Below, in pieces: positions 53,726 to 63,063 of a stretch of 64,000 nt of DNA (its first letter is position 1; the number at the start of each line of letters is the position of its first letter). Under the pieces are notes generated by a model. That model was not told where the DNA came from. It worked only from the letters and a program-made list of their open reading frames with translations, and ran no database searches. A program made the translations under genes and the position numbers. Source of the DNA: an uncultured virus (IMG/VR IMGVR_UViG_3300037507_003964) (taxonomy: Duplodnaviria; Heunggongvirae; Uroviricota; Caudoviricetes); IMG/VR virus record IMGVR_UViG_3300037507_003964. One strand, 5' to 3'.

Positions 53726-55108
53726 TTATACCTTGAAGCCAGAAAAGTCCCTTTGTGATTTTTTGTTTAGAGTCTCGATACTGAGAACAGGTCTAGATTC
53801 ACCCATGTCAGAGACACCCCTCTGAGCAGAATCTTCTAGATCATACAACTTCATCTTGCTTCTATCTACACCGATCAGAAATCTCTTGTTTGCAGACGGA
53901 TCGTTGTATCTATTCTTTAGTTGCTTGACCATCAACTGACCTAGCTTCTCTAATTCTTCTGTGCTGATAAGTGCAAACATGAAGTCGGCAGTCGCAGGCA
54001 AACCAAACGATTCTGAAGTATCTGTCAGTTCAACATCAGTGTTGCCATATCCTCCTCGAGTTGTCTGTGTTGCAGACACGATAGGAATATTGTGCTCAAC
54101 TGCTAGGCCTCGAAGTTCCTCGGCAATCGACTTCACCATCATGTAACTATTGATGTTGCTGTTTGCTTTGAATCTCGAACTTGCACAGATGTTCAAATAG
54201 TCAACGAACAGAATGTCAGGTTTGAAGTTTCGCTTGAGAGATAGTTCATTCAAAAGTGACTTGAAGTGACCCACATGTGCTGATGCAGTAGGATATTCCT
54301 TAATGATTAGTCGACCTTGAGTCTTGTTGGTGATCTTCTTGACACGATTCTCAAACACATTCTTAGGAAGATCCTTCAACTCGTCAATCGCTGTATTCAT
54401 TAGGTTCGCATCAATACGCTCTGCGATTCTTTCTTCTGCCATCTCAAGTGTGATGTACAAAACATTCTTGCCTTGTTCGAGACAACTTGCTGCCACATGA
54501 CACATGAACAAACTCTTGCCCACCCCGGTTCCTGCAAGACAGATATTAAGCGTCTTTCGAGGCAACCCACCATTGGTTATGGTGTTAAAGTATTGCAGAT
54601 CAAAAGCAAGTTTGTCCTCTACTTTATTGTAGAAGTCATATCTTGCCAAGGCATCATCGATATAGTCGTGACCCACTGAGGTATCGAAACAAGTTCCCAA
54701 TGCCTCTTGCAGCAAAGTAGGAATGGCATCCTTTGCATGAACTTTGTCTCGTCCGTCAAGAATGCCTATGGATGCTACGATTGCATTATAAACTGCACGA
54801 TCTTTACAATACTTCTCTGTCTCATTGACCAACCAATCAAGGTTAGGATCAGGTTCACCAAAGGTATTGACAATACCCATCACCTCGCTGAAGTTATCTT
54901 CAGCAATCGTCTTGTCATTATGAAAGGCGATCTCGATTGCATCCTTTGTGGGCAGCGAGTTGTAGGAGTTAATGAACTCAGATATGTGTTTGAAAATTAT
55001 CTTGACATTGGGGTCTGTAAAATACTCTTCTTTGAGAAATGGAAAGACCTTCCTCATATACTTTTCATTGTACATGAGGTTGTTCAGAATAGTATTCTCA
55101 ATTGCCAT
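53726..55108 (-). CDS. gp41: Replicative helicase gp41
   Basis: LAGTGVGKS, ITLEMAEERIAERIDAN, VDYLNIC, TSESFGLPATAD, QLKNRY. Confidence 0.97.
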   Translation of the reverse strand: MAIENTILNNLMYNEKYMRKVFPFLKEEYFTDPNVKIIFKHISEFINSYNSLPTKDAIEIAFHNDKTIAEDNFSEVMGIVNTFGEPDPNLDWLVNETEKYCKDRAVYNAIVASIGILDGRDKVHAKDAIPTLLQEALGTCFDTSVGHDYIDDALARYDFYNKVEDKLAFDLQYFNTITNGGLPRKTLNICLAGTGVGKSLFMCHVAASCLEQGKNVLYITLEMAEERIAERIDANLMNTAIDELKDLPKNVFENRVKKITNKTQGRLIIKEYPTASAHVGHFKSLLNELSLKRNFKPDILFVDYLNICASSRFKANSNINSYMMVKSIAEELRGLAVEHNIPIVSATQTTRGGYGNTDVELTDTSESFGLPATADFMFALISTEELEKLGQLMVKQLKNRYNDPSANKRFLIGVDRSKMKLYDLEDSAQRGVSDMGESRPVLSIETLNKKSQRDFSGFKV

Positions 55109-55385
55109 TAGTTTCCTTGTAATCTTCGATTGCTTTTGACAGTATATCAGAAATGATCAGTTGAAACAACTCCACAAAGTTAGATTTGTCAAAATCTTCT
55201 TTGACCATACCATCAGGAAAGTTTACGATATGAAAGTCAACTTGCAACTCGCCAGATGTGTCATCCTTGAACTCAACCCCCTCAATCTGAATGACTGCAT
55301 CCTTGTACTCGCCTTGAGTGATTTCTACACCCCAACTAGCATTACCAACTGCCCAGGGGCGATATAGTTCATTAAGCGTTGTCAT
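55098..55385 (-). CDS. Hypothetical protein (gp40 position)
   Basis: Lies between uvsX and gp41. Confidence 0.6.
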   Translation of the reverse strand: MTTLNELYRPWAVGNASWGVEITQGEYKDAVIQIEGVEFKDDTSGELQVDFHIVNFPDGMVKEDFDKSNFVELFQLIISDILSKAIEDYKETNGN

Positions 55386-56421
55386 ATTCTGCCTCAATAT
55401 CTTGTGTGGTTACATCCTGCATGATTGCACTTGTTGATACCTTGAACTTATTTTCAACATAGGAGTTGAACTCCTTTGAGGTCAGAATGGGCAACCAAAA
55501 TTCTTTGTTGTTGGTATCTGCAAGACGATACTTCTTGTCCTCTCCTGCCTTTGCATACCAACCATTGCTGGGTTTAGTTACGAACCCCCCATCTAGTGCA
55601 ATGTCAAGAAGTCCCGACCATTTGCTGATGCCCCCGTCAAAAGAAACTTCAACAGGCAACTTTGACTTCTCACGAACATACCTTGACTTCTCTACATTGA
55701 TGATAAAGTTATATCCTGTCAGTTCAGTCCCGTCTTTCTCTTGTTGACGACCGATAATGAAGATGTTGTCTGCAGAATAGTAAACACCTGTACCGCCCGA
55801 CACCACATCCTTGGGATACAACCCAATCTCTTTGTAGGTATGATTGACCACGACCATAGGAATGTCCTTGATGGTCAAGTGAGGAGTCACCATACGAAAC
55901 AATGACTTCAGTTGTTTTGCTCGAGACATATCTGCAACTGATTTGCCCTCAAGCGCATCTTCGACTTCTTTCTTGGATGCTAGATTTCCAACCGAATCCA
56001 CAATAACCATAATGTGATCGCCCCGGTTAATACTAGAAAGCTGCGCCATAGAATCATGTTTTAGTTGCTCCACATCCGTGATAGGGGTATGAATGACACG
56101 CTCGGTATTGATACCAAACGAATCGAAATACGACTGAGGTGAACCGAACTCTGAATCATAGAAAAGAACGACTGCATCCTCGTACTTGTCTAGATACGAC
56201 TTTGCCAACATTAGTGCAAACGCCGTCTTAAAGTGTTTTGAGGGTCCTGCAAAGACAGTCAATCCTGGGGTCAGGCCTCCCGTCAAACTACCTGACAATG
56301 CCACATTGAGAATGGGCACAGGCGTCTGAATCATATCCTTCTTGTTAAAGAACTTTGACTCAGACAACACCGCTGTTTCTTTGATAGTAGAGTTCTTCTT
56401 AAGTTTTTCTAGCAATGACAT
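55372..56421 (-). CDS. uvsX: UvsX RecA-like recombinase
   Basis: AGPSKHFKT, YDSEFG, DSVGNLASKKE, VNHTY. Confidence 0.97.
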   Translation of the reverse strand: MSLLEKLKKNSTIKETAVLSESKFFNKKDMIQTPVPILNVALSGSLTGGLTPGLTVFAGPSKHFKTAFALMLAKSYLDKYEDAVVLFYDSEFGSPQSYFDSFGINTERVIHTPITDVEQLKHDSMAQLSSINRGDHIMVIVDSVGNLASKKEVEDALEGKSVADMSRAKQLKSLFRMVTPHLTIKDIPMVVVNHTYKEIGLYPKDVVSGGTGVYYSADNIFIIGRQQEKDGTELTGYNFIINVEKSRYVREKSKLPVEVSFDGGISKWSGLLDIALDGGFVTKPSNGWYAKAGEDKKYRLADTNNKEFWLPILTSKEFNSYVENKFKVSTSAIMQDVTTQDIEAEYDNA

Positions 56422-56430
56422 TTGGTTTCC

Positions 56431-58911
56431 TTATGCAAAAAGATCTTCTAGTGTCGCCTGTTGCTTTGCACTCCATCCCATACCACCCAGGATAGTTTCA
56501 AGTGGTTCAATAAACGACTTCTGAAACATTGTATTGTAGTCGATGAATTTTGTCAATCCCAACTCATCGGGCAATCGACTTACGAAAGCGATACAGTTTT
56601 CTCCGATGGGGTTAGGTTCCTTCAAGTACAGAAACTTTATCTTGTCCCCCTCTTGGATGGGTTCATACTTCTTTTCGAGTTTGTGCTTCTTCACATGAAA
56701 GTTGTATAGCAATGATCCTCGCACATGCATGGGAGTCGCCTGTTTATAGATGTTCGCAGGACAACCATACTTCTGCAAACCATTCACACCTCGAGGAAAG
56801 GCAATCTCGTGTGCCTTAAGTTTTTTGAAGTCATCCTCAACCTTCAGGATGTAACTTTGTAGTTGATTCTGTGTTGCTGTAAGTGCAAGACGAACTGCCT
56901 CACGCAGTGCCTCTCTAACAGGTTCAGGAGTCGATGACTTTACAATCTCGAGTCCCATGACCTTTAGTTTAGGTTCCTTGTACCTGACTCCTTCATTGTC
57001 ATAGACATTCAGCGCATAGCGTTTCTTCGCAACCCAAATGCCACGATCTGCAATTGCCTCACGCTTGAAGTAGATCTTCTTCTCGAATGCATTGACATAG
57101 GATGCCATGCCATCACAAGAATCGTTAATGACCTTGACGATCTTCTCTTCACAGATTTTGTCTAGAATTTCGATCAACTTCTCTTTAGGAAGATTTGAGT
57201 AGAACTTTTTGACTAGAGGATCGAGTGTGATATAGCAACTGTCTGTATCGCTGTAGAAAGAATAGTCAAAGTTTTTTGTTCCGCAAACTTTGTTAAGGTA
57301 TTCGTTAAGTGCCTTACCTACTCTCTGGATTATATATTGACCTGTGAGCGTGATACCTTCTGCAATCCGATCATCATAGAATCTAAAGTATTCGTTGCCC
57401 CATGCACCAAACAGCGAGTTCAACTGAATCTTTCTAGCCATCTGAAAGTTGTTGTACTTCGAGATATCTTTCTGATGTTTCTTATCTTTAGTTTCCTCGT
57501 ATTGCTTTTGAGCAGCAATCATTGACTTCTTGTATCGCTGTCTGTCATCAAACAACTTCTGAACGATCTCAGGAAACAATCCTTGCTTGTCTCGACGGTA
57601 GAAGTATCCATTTGCCGCCATGCAATCGTCATCGTTCAAATCAAAGGTATGGTGCACCATTCCGTCAATCGTTGTATCGAATGTCTTTCCTCGAACCATT
57701 GTCTCAGGAGACATGTTCCATTGCATGATGATAGAAGGATACAGAGAAGTTGCATCGAAAGAAACTACCCAATCATACTTTCCGGGAACTGGTTCCTTAA
57801 CGAAGGCACCAATGATTTGCCTACCGCGCCTTGACTCATCCCGCTGATGAACCACAACCCCTTTGTTCCAGCAATGATTGTACAGAATACAATCCCAAGT
57901 TCGCACTGCCGAGAACACATCATTGTAGTTACACTTGGCATCATACGCCATAGTGATGATGAGTTCAATGAGTCGCAGTTTATCTTCTAGTTGGTCGACT
58001 AGTTCAACATCAACCACATTGTACTCTACGAATCGTTGCCAGTCATTGCGGTAGAACTCTCGAAAAGTATCATACTCATGGGTTAGCTTTTGCTTACCCA
58101 ATTCGACCTTTGCGATATGATCTAGTTTGTCTGATTCTTGTCGTGTGTAAGTAAACTTCTTGTAGAGATCGAGATAGTCAAGAATCGAGATGCCTAGAAT
58201 GTCAAAGGCGATAACCTGCCTACCCATGCGCTCGAATGACTTGTCATTGATAACACCCCAAGGAGACAGGCGCCGAACCGCACTCTCGCCCAAGACCTTT
58301 TCGATCCGGCGAATTAGGTATGGGATATCAAACACCTCGCAATACCAACCAGTCAGAATGTGAGGATAGTCCTGTTGGATTAGCAAGACAAACTTTTCAA
58401 GCAGATCGCGCTCATCCCGACACTGTACATACTGGTGATTTTCCTGCTTCACCGTGAAGGGTTCACATCCAAAGGTGATAAGTTCCTTACTATTTGCATT
58501 CTGCAAAGTGATGAGAAGGACTGCCTCGATGGGATTAGTTACATCAGGAAATCCATGCTCAGCAGATGTCTCAATGTCAATCGAGTAGATAAGCAACTGA
58601 GACATGTCGAACTGTATCTCATCAGGATAGTTCTCTGAGATGTATTGATAGGCAAAGTTCTTGTTGCCGTAGATTTCAAAGTTCTCTACTTCAGAATACT
58701 GCTTGATGAAATCTTTAGCTTCGTTGATATCACCGAACTCGATTCGCTCAAGATAGTCGCCAAACAGAGACCTGAACTCTGTTTTGTTCTTGCCCTTGAC
58801 AAAGAGAGATGGTTTGAAAGGAACCTTAGTGGTTGTCTTATGTCCTTTCACAATGCCTCGAAATAAAATCTTACTGCCATACTGCAAGACATTAGTGTAG
58901 AAGTTAGACAT
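56431..58911 (-). CDS. gp43: Family B DNA polymerase gp43
   Basis: DIET exonuclease, SFDATSLYPS, KIQLNSLFG, YSDTDS, KKRYA. Confidence 0.98.
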   Translation of the reverse strand: MSNFYTNVLQYGSKILFRGIVKGHKTTTKVPFKPSLFVKGKNKTEFRSLFGDYLERIEFGDINEAKDFIKQYSEVENFEIYGNKNFAYQYISENYPDEIQFDMSQLLIYSIDIETSAEHGFPDVTNPIEAVLLITLQNANSKELITFGCEPFTVKQENHQYVQCRDERDLLEKFVLLIQQDYPHILTGWYCEVFDIPYLIRRIEKVLGESAVRRLSPWGVINDKSFERMGRQVIAFDILGISILDYLDLYKKFTYTRQESDKLDHIAKVELGKQKLTHEYDTFREFYRNDWQRFVEYNVVDVELVDQLEDKLRLIELIITMAYDAKCNYNDVFSAVRTWDCILYNHCWNKGVVVHQRDESRRGRQIIGAFVKEPVPGKYDWVVSFDATSLYPSIIMQWNMSPETMVRGKTFDTTIDGMVHHTFDLNDDDCMAANGYFYRRDKQGLFPEIVQKLFDDRQRYKKSMIAAQKQYEETKDKKHQKDISKYNNFQMARKIQLNSLFGAWGNEYFRFYDDRIAEGITLTGQYIIQRVGKALNEYLNKVCGTKNFDYSFYSDTDSCYITLDPLVKKFYSNLPKEKLIEILDKICEEKIVKVINDSCDGMASYVNAFEKKIYFKREAIADRGIWVAKKRYALNVYDNEGVRYKEPKLKVMGLEIVKSSTPEPVREALREAVRLALTATQNQLQSYILKVEDDFKKLKAHEIAFPRGVNGLQKYGCPANIYKQATPMHVRGSLLYNFHVKKHKLEKKYEPIQEGDKIKFLYLKEPNPIGENCIAFVSRLPDELGLTKFIDYNTMFQKSFIEPLETILGGMGWSAKQQATLEDLFA

Positions 58912-58931
58912 AGGTTCTCCAAATGAAGAAA

Positions 58932-58946
58932 GGCAGCAAAGCTGCC
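58932..58946 (-). promoter_or_regulatory. Hairpin just upstream of the gp43 RBS (operator or terminator)
   Basis: GGCAGC-TTT-GCTGCC, then TTTCTTCATTT-GGAG-AACCT-ATG. Confidence 0.5.
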
Positions 58947-58950
58947 AAAA

Positions 58951-59028
58951 TGGTGGGCCCCCTGGGAGTCGAACCCAGCACCAATGGATTATGAGTCCAC
59001 TGCTCTAACCAACATGAGCTAGAGGCCC
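58951..59028 (-). tRNA. tRNA-Ile2 (CAT, lysidine type)
   Basis: GGGCCTCTAGCTCATGTTGGTTAGAGCAGTGGACT-CAT-AATCCATTGGTGCTGGGTTCGACTCCCAGGGGGCCCACCA; Ile2-like body, encoded CCA. Confidence 0.85.
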
Positions 59029-59032
59029 GATA

Positions 59033-59117
59033 TGGTGCCCGAAACCGGATTCGAACCGGTACGCTTTTTGAGCGGCAGATTTTAAGTCTGCTGTGTCTAC
59101 CTTTCCACCACTCGGGC
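59033..59117 (-). tRNA. tRNA-Leu (TAA)
   Basis: GCCCGAGTGGTGGAAAGGTAGACACAGCAGACT-TAA-AATCTGC, long variable arm, GGTTCGAATCC, CCA. Confidence 0.93.
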
Positions 59118-59122
59118 ATAGT

Positions 59123-59230
59123 TCACTTAGAAGGATTCAGCATGAACTTTTGTAGAAGTTGCTGTGCTTCCTTCGTATCCTTTACCTCATCATTATAGTC
59201 GACCTTCATGGTTCTGACCATAACATCCAT
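59123..59230 (-). CDS. 35-aa small protein (not in ORF track)
   Basis: MDVMVRTMKVDYNDEVKDTKEAQQLLQKFMLNPSK. Confidence 0.45.
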   Translation of the reverse strand: MDVMVRTMKVDYNDEVKDTKEAQQLLQKFMLNPSK

Positions 59231-59286
59231 ATTGAACTTTAGGAAGTAAGAGTCTTTTTTATTACTTTTAGCTGACAAGTCAAAAT

Positions 59287-59517
59287 TCATTCTACCACCT
59301 CATAGGTAACCTCGTAACCGCCTTTACGCTCTGTAACCCAATCATCATGTCGCTCGTAGTCGCCTTGATTGATAAAGTCGAGAGCATCCCAATCATCTTC
59401 ATCGAGAAGTTGCTTAAAGTTTTCTAGTGATTCGAATTGGTCAATGATTTCTTCTTCATCCAATTCGTAGGTGAACTCACTAACGACTGTATGGAATTCT
59501 TTTTTGATAATTTTCAT
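59287..59517 (-). CDS. Acidic hypothetical protein
   Basis: 76 aa; coupled. Confidence 0.65.
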   Translation of the reverse strand: MKIIKKEFHTVVSEFTYELDEEEIIDQFESLENFKQLLDEDDWDALDFINQGDYERHDDWVTERKGGYEVTYEVVE

Positions 59518-59909
59518 TAGCTAAACTCCCTCGCTGAAAAACTGTATCCTTCTTCATCATCCCAATCATATTCGGGATTGAACCAAGTGTGCCCATACTT
59601 ATCCGGCTTTCTACCTTCATCATTGTGAATCTGGTTCTTACGCCCACGATCATTTACAAAATTTGGAGACTTTTGATTCTCAATGTATTCCACAAACCAA
59701 TCGTAGTCGATTCGTTCACGATACTCGTCCATGATGATCTTGTCTTTCAGAAATTCTTTCCATTGTTGCCAAGAGACAAGACGTTCTGGTCGATAACCTT
59801 GAAACGAGAATGCCCAACCAAATGAAGATTTGCCGATATGATACTCTTCATCATACCGGTCACAGCATTCACAGTGGTTAGAAGCAACATAATAATTAGT
59901 TCCCATCAT
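59517..59909 (-). CDS. Hypothetical protein
   Basis: MGTNYY..CECC..HIGKSSFGWAFSF..EFS phage family pattern. Confidence 0.72.
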   Translation of the reverse strand: MMGTNYYVASNHCECCDRYDEEYHIGKSSFGWAFSFQGYRPERLVSWQQWKEFLKDKIIMDEYRERIDYDWFVEYIENQKSPNFVNDRGRKNQIHNDEGRKPDKYGHTWFNPEYDWDDEEGYSFSAREFS

Positions 59910-60097
59910 TCAACTCCAAAATGTTTCTTAATCTTACGCAAAAGGTCGACTCGTTCCATATCCCAACCCAACTGCTTTGTAGCCATAACAACATTACTGC
60001 CGGGACGATCTATCATATCTTGACATTGCTGTGCATGGCGAAGTTGCACATCAATCATACCTTCAATAAGTTCAATTTCTCGTTCTGATAAGGTCAT
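59906..60097 (-). CDS. Hypothetical protein
   Basis: 63 aa ending KKHFGVE. Confidence 0.62.
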   Translation of the reverse strand: MTLSEREIELIEGMIDVQLRHAQQCQDMIDRPGSNVVMATKQLGWDMERVDLLRKIKKHFGVE

Positions 60098-60573
60098 TCT
60101 CCAATCCTTTCTTTATACTCTTTCGTGGGAGTGTAGGGAAAGGTCACCGGGACACGACTTTCAATACTGGTAAAATGACTCTTATATCGTTCACCAGTTT
60201 CCTCATCAATTCGCCAATCATAGAACACGATACCATCAATGTCATATGCTCCATTATTATCTTTGAACACATGACTACACCGTTTGTTCTGAAACAGCGG
60301 ACCATTGTCTCGGCCACCATATTCACTTACGTCATGCCATTCCCAATCTTCACCAGTCAGTGGTGCAAGCGGCTTAAACAAGGCTAACTTAGAAAATAGA
60401 TTAACAGTATAAGGTGCAGAGGAACCAGAATGCCCTTCATTTTCAAAAACTGCAAGAAGCCCTAAAACATGCAGACAAATATCTTTCTGCATCTCATCTT
60501 CAAATTGATTATTCTCATCTACCCAACCTGCTGCACGGAACTCAGCCCATGCATGTCTCTCATAATTATTCAT
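60094..60573 (-). CDS. Conserved phage hypothetical protein
   Basis: EGHSGSSA, PLAPLTGEDWEW, QNKRCSHVFK, VTFPYTP. Confidence 0.75.
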   Translation of the reverse strand: MNNYERHAWAEFRAAGWVDENNQFEDEMQKDICLHVLGLLAVFENEGHSGSSAPYTVNLFSKLALFKPLAPLTGEDWEWHDVSEYGGRDNGPLFQNKRCSHVFKDNNGAYDIDGIVFYDWRIDEETGERYKSHFTSIESRVPVTFPYTPTKEYKERIGE

Positions 60574-60968
60574 ACTCTGTGACTCCCCATTGCATAAAAT
60601 TTGTTTACAGCATCTTCACCAAGCCCATGAAACTTAGCAAATGCTTTGAGTAAATCCGATTCATGTTCAGCATCATAAATTGCATTGTGAATATCTAGAT
60701 AGCCTGCGCACTGAGCAGGCATGTATGCTTCTGGTCCAAAACCAAATACATTATATAGCACATAGCGATAAGTACCCTTTTGTTTGATTTCACCATCAAG
60801 GATTCGGCGTGACACTGCACAGAAGGCCATCAGTTGCTGATCTTTAGAGAGAGAATTCCAATATTCTTCCTGTTCCTTCTCCATCGCATCAATCACTATT
60901 TGAAATTGTTGCCTTAACTCTGACAATTCTTCCAATGCCTTTTCAACACCGTCATTCTCTTCAGTCAT
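60570..60968 (-). CDS. Hypothetical protein
   Basis: GTYRYVLYNVFGFGPEAY..GYLDIHNAI. Confidence 0.7.
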   Translation of the reverse strand: MTEENDGVEKALEELSELRQQFQIVIDAMEKEQEEYWNSLSKDQQLMAFCAVSRRILDGEIKQKGTYRYVLYNVFGFGPEAYMPAQCAGYLDIHNAIYDAEHESDLLKAFAKFHGLGEDAVNKFYAMGSHRV

Positions 60969-61311
60969 ATTTTGGCTCCTTAATCGCAGGCTTTCTTCGC
61001 AGGAATTCGTTAAGTTTACTTTGCCAGTTGGAATAACAATGCCTTACGCCAACTGTAATTCTTAGGTAAGGCAAGATAGCGCCGACATATAGTTCATTTG
61101 GGTCTAGTCCTGCATCTACACCAAACGAAAAGTGTTCCATCGTCCAAACCTGGAAGATCAGCCAATGAACACTCCAATTGTTTGAGTTCCACTCATCACC
61201 TTCTCGATAGTGCCACCGAGGCACCAATGGGCATACATCATTACACCACCACTTATGTAGTGGATAATGTTCCCACCATTCTTTATCTCTATAGGGTTTT
61301 TCTTCACTCAT
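60961..61311 (-). CDS. Trp-rich hypothetical protein
   Basis: Coupled ORF. Confidence 0.62.
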   Translation of the reverse strand: MSEEKPYRDKEWWEHYPLHKWWCNDVCPLVPRWHYREGDEWNSNNWSVHWLIFQVWTMEHFSFGVDAGLDPNELYVGAILPYLRITVGVRHCYSNWQSKLNEFLRRKPAIKEPKYD

Positions 61312-61682
61312 TCTTTTCTTCCCCATGCAGATACTTTCACCTGCGTAATAATATCATGAATATCAGAACGGTCTAGCCAAGTGCCAACAAATTCTACCTG
61401 TGGATTACTAAAACCTTTTAGCACTTCTGGTCCTGATACATATCGAAACCTACGGTCTAACCCCTTTTCTCTGTGATATGTTCTAAACTGTTCATGTGTT
61501 CCTGCAACAATGAAGATAGGATGTTCTCTAACAACAGATTCAGTTAGTTGCCTCGAATGTTCGTTATAACCACACTCATAAATTCGTTCAAGCAACAAAC
61601 GAAGTGAATCTGCTTCTGGGTATCCACCTTGAACTAAACCAAGAATTGCTTGGTCTACTACTTCTTCTTTATATGATTTCAT
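61308..61682 (-). CDS. Hypothetical protein
   Basis: Coupled ORF. Confidence 0.62.
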   Translation of the reverse strand: MKSYKEEVVDQAILGLVQGGYPEADSLRLLLERIYECGYNEHSRQLTESVVREHPIFIVAGTHEQFRTYHREKGLDRRFRYVSGPEVLKGFSNPQVEFVGTWLDRSDIHDIITQVKVSAWGRKE

Positions 61683-61909
61683 TTTCTCGGATCCATTCCG
61701 CCATCACTAACAATATCAGTATAACATGAATTTTTTTTGTTCTGCAACCATTTGATAGCTTCTTCCCAACCTTCTTGGAAAGTCTGCCAGTGGTCTTCTA
61801 GAGCATCACTGACGTACTGCCCGTCTGGCCTTCGTCGTAGCCCGTGACCCGTTGCTCTAAGCGACAAATAAGTTACTTCTTCAAACGCTTTGCGAATTGG
61901 ATCCGTCAT
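61679..61909 (-). CDS. Hypothetical protein
   Basis: MTDPIRKAFEE...DIVSDGGMDPRK. Confidence 0.6.
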   Translation of the reverse strand: MTDPIRKAFEEVTYLSLRATGHGLRRRPDGQYVSDALEDHWQTFQEGWEEAIKWLQNKKNSCYTDIVSDGGMDPRK

Positions 61910-62237
61910 TTTGTGTTCCAATTTGTTTCTTCAGTTTTTTAATTTCTGCTTTGAGCCCACGATTCTCATACTTTGCCCAACCCAAATCATCCTGCATCTT
62001 TCGCATCTGTTCAGCAAAGTCACGGTCAGCAGGTGTTAGGTTTTCTTCTGGTGTGATAATGAACTTACCTGCGTCCCAGTCAAAACCCATACCAATGTGT
62101 TTGATCTTAACTGTAGGATGAGCACCTACAGTAGAATATGGAAGTTTAATTTGAATGACAACTTCTGGATCTTCACGCACCATTCGTTCTTCATTGTGAT
62201 GAGCATTCACCAATCGATGTAGTTCACTGAGTTTCAT
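61881..62237 (-). CDS. Hypothetical protein
   Basis: GFDWDAGKFIITPE; coiled-coil end. Confidence 0.65.
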   Translation of the reverse strand: MKLSELHRLVNAHHNEERMVREDPEVVIQIKLPYSTVGAHPTVKIKHIGMGFDWDAGKFIITPEENLTPADRDFAEQMRKMQDDLGWAKYENRGLKAEIKKLKKQIGTQNDGSNSQSV

Positions 62238-62446
62238 TACCATTGATCCTTTTCAAGCCATTCTTCAGCATCTTCAATGTTATCGAAAATTTCACCATGT
62301 TGACGGTACCGATCTTCACATGGACCACACACAGCCTGATATGCAATGGCTTTATTCCCTTCGCGGTCATTTGCTTTGGTCATAACATTATGCACATGAT
62401 AAAAGTCATCAACTTCATGCCCACATGATAGCACAATGTTACTCAT
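62237..62446 (-). CDS. Small Zn-binding-like hypothetical protein
   Basis: CGH...CGPC. Confidence 0.62.
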   Translation of the reverse strand: MSNIVLSCGHEVDDFYHVHNVMTKANDREGNKAIAYQAVCGPCEDRYRQHGEIFDNIEDAEEWLEKDQW

Positions 62447-62676
62447 TTGTCAACCTCAAACCAGTTACTAATATGTTGTTTAGCACCAACGGCTCCATAT
62501 GATTGTTCCTTAAGCCCATGGGTAAGCAATCCAACTTCAGCCACTTCACACATTCGCATACATTCTCGCACAATCAACTCGGCGAACTTTACAGGATCCA
62601 GTTCACCTGCAACATAGTCACCGTTGCTTTCCAGCACTAGTGCTTGATCATAAAGTTCTCGAATTCGTTCGTTCAT
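62443..62676 (-). CDS. MNERIREL-family small protein
   Basis: MNERIREL...FAELIVREC...WFEV. Confidence 0.7.
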   Translation of the reverse strand: MNERIRELYDQALVLESNGDYVAGELDPVKFAELIVRECMRMCEVAEVGLLTHGLKEQSYGAVGAKQHISNWFEVDK

Positions 62677-62677
62677 T

Positions 62678-62887
62678 TTATCGTCCCACTGTTTGAATAC
62701 GCAGGTTCAGTGCTTGTTCAGCATCAACCAAAGCATCTACACGATTGATCAGTTCTCTATAATCAGGTCTTAGGTGACGACGATGAGTTAGTCGGCGTTC
62801 CAATTCTGCACAATCGACTAAATGATCCCGCAGACCTTTGAGGGCACTGACTAGATCGTCTCGTGTGTCAAATGTTAGATCGCTCAT
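62678..62887 (-). CDS. Hypothetical protein
   Basis: MSDLTFDTRDD... Confidence 0.55.
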   Translation of the reverse strand: MSDLTFDTRDDLVSALKGLRDHLVDCAELERRLTHRRHLRPDYRELINRVDALVDAEQALNLRIQTVGR

Positions 62888-63027
62888 CACACAAACTCCC
62901 AAAACAATTTCGGATTCATTTTACGGCGTTGGGTCCAATAGGGAATTGCCCAAGCAAGATTAGTCTCAATCACAATAGGGGTCATTTCACACATAAGATT
63001 CTGTTTACGACTTGCATACACTTTCAT
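62887..63027 (-). CDS. Small early protein
   Basis: MKVYASRKQ...; AAGGAG RBS after a promoter cassette. Confidence 0.6.
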   Translation of the reverse strand: MKVYASRKQNLMCEMTPIVIETNLAWAIPYWTQRRKMNPKLFWEFV

Positions 63028-63063
63028 CAACACAAACTGCTCCTTGTCATTCACTATACCGAT

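Noticed and set aside
58904..59119. 71-aa - strand ORF
   Set aside because: It is a translation of the two tRNA genes
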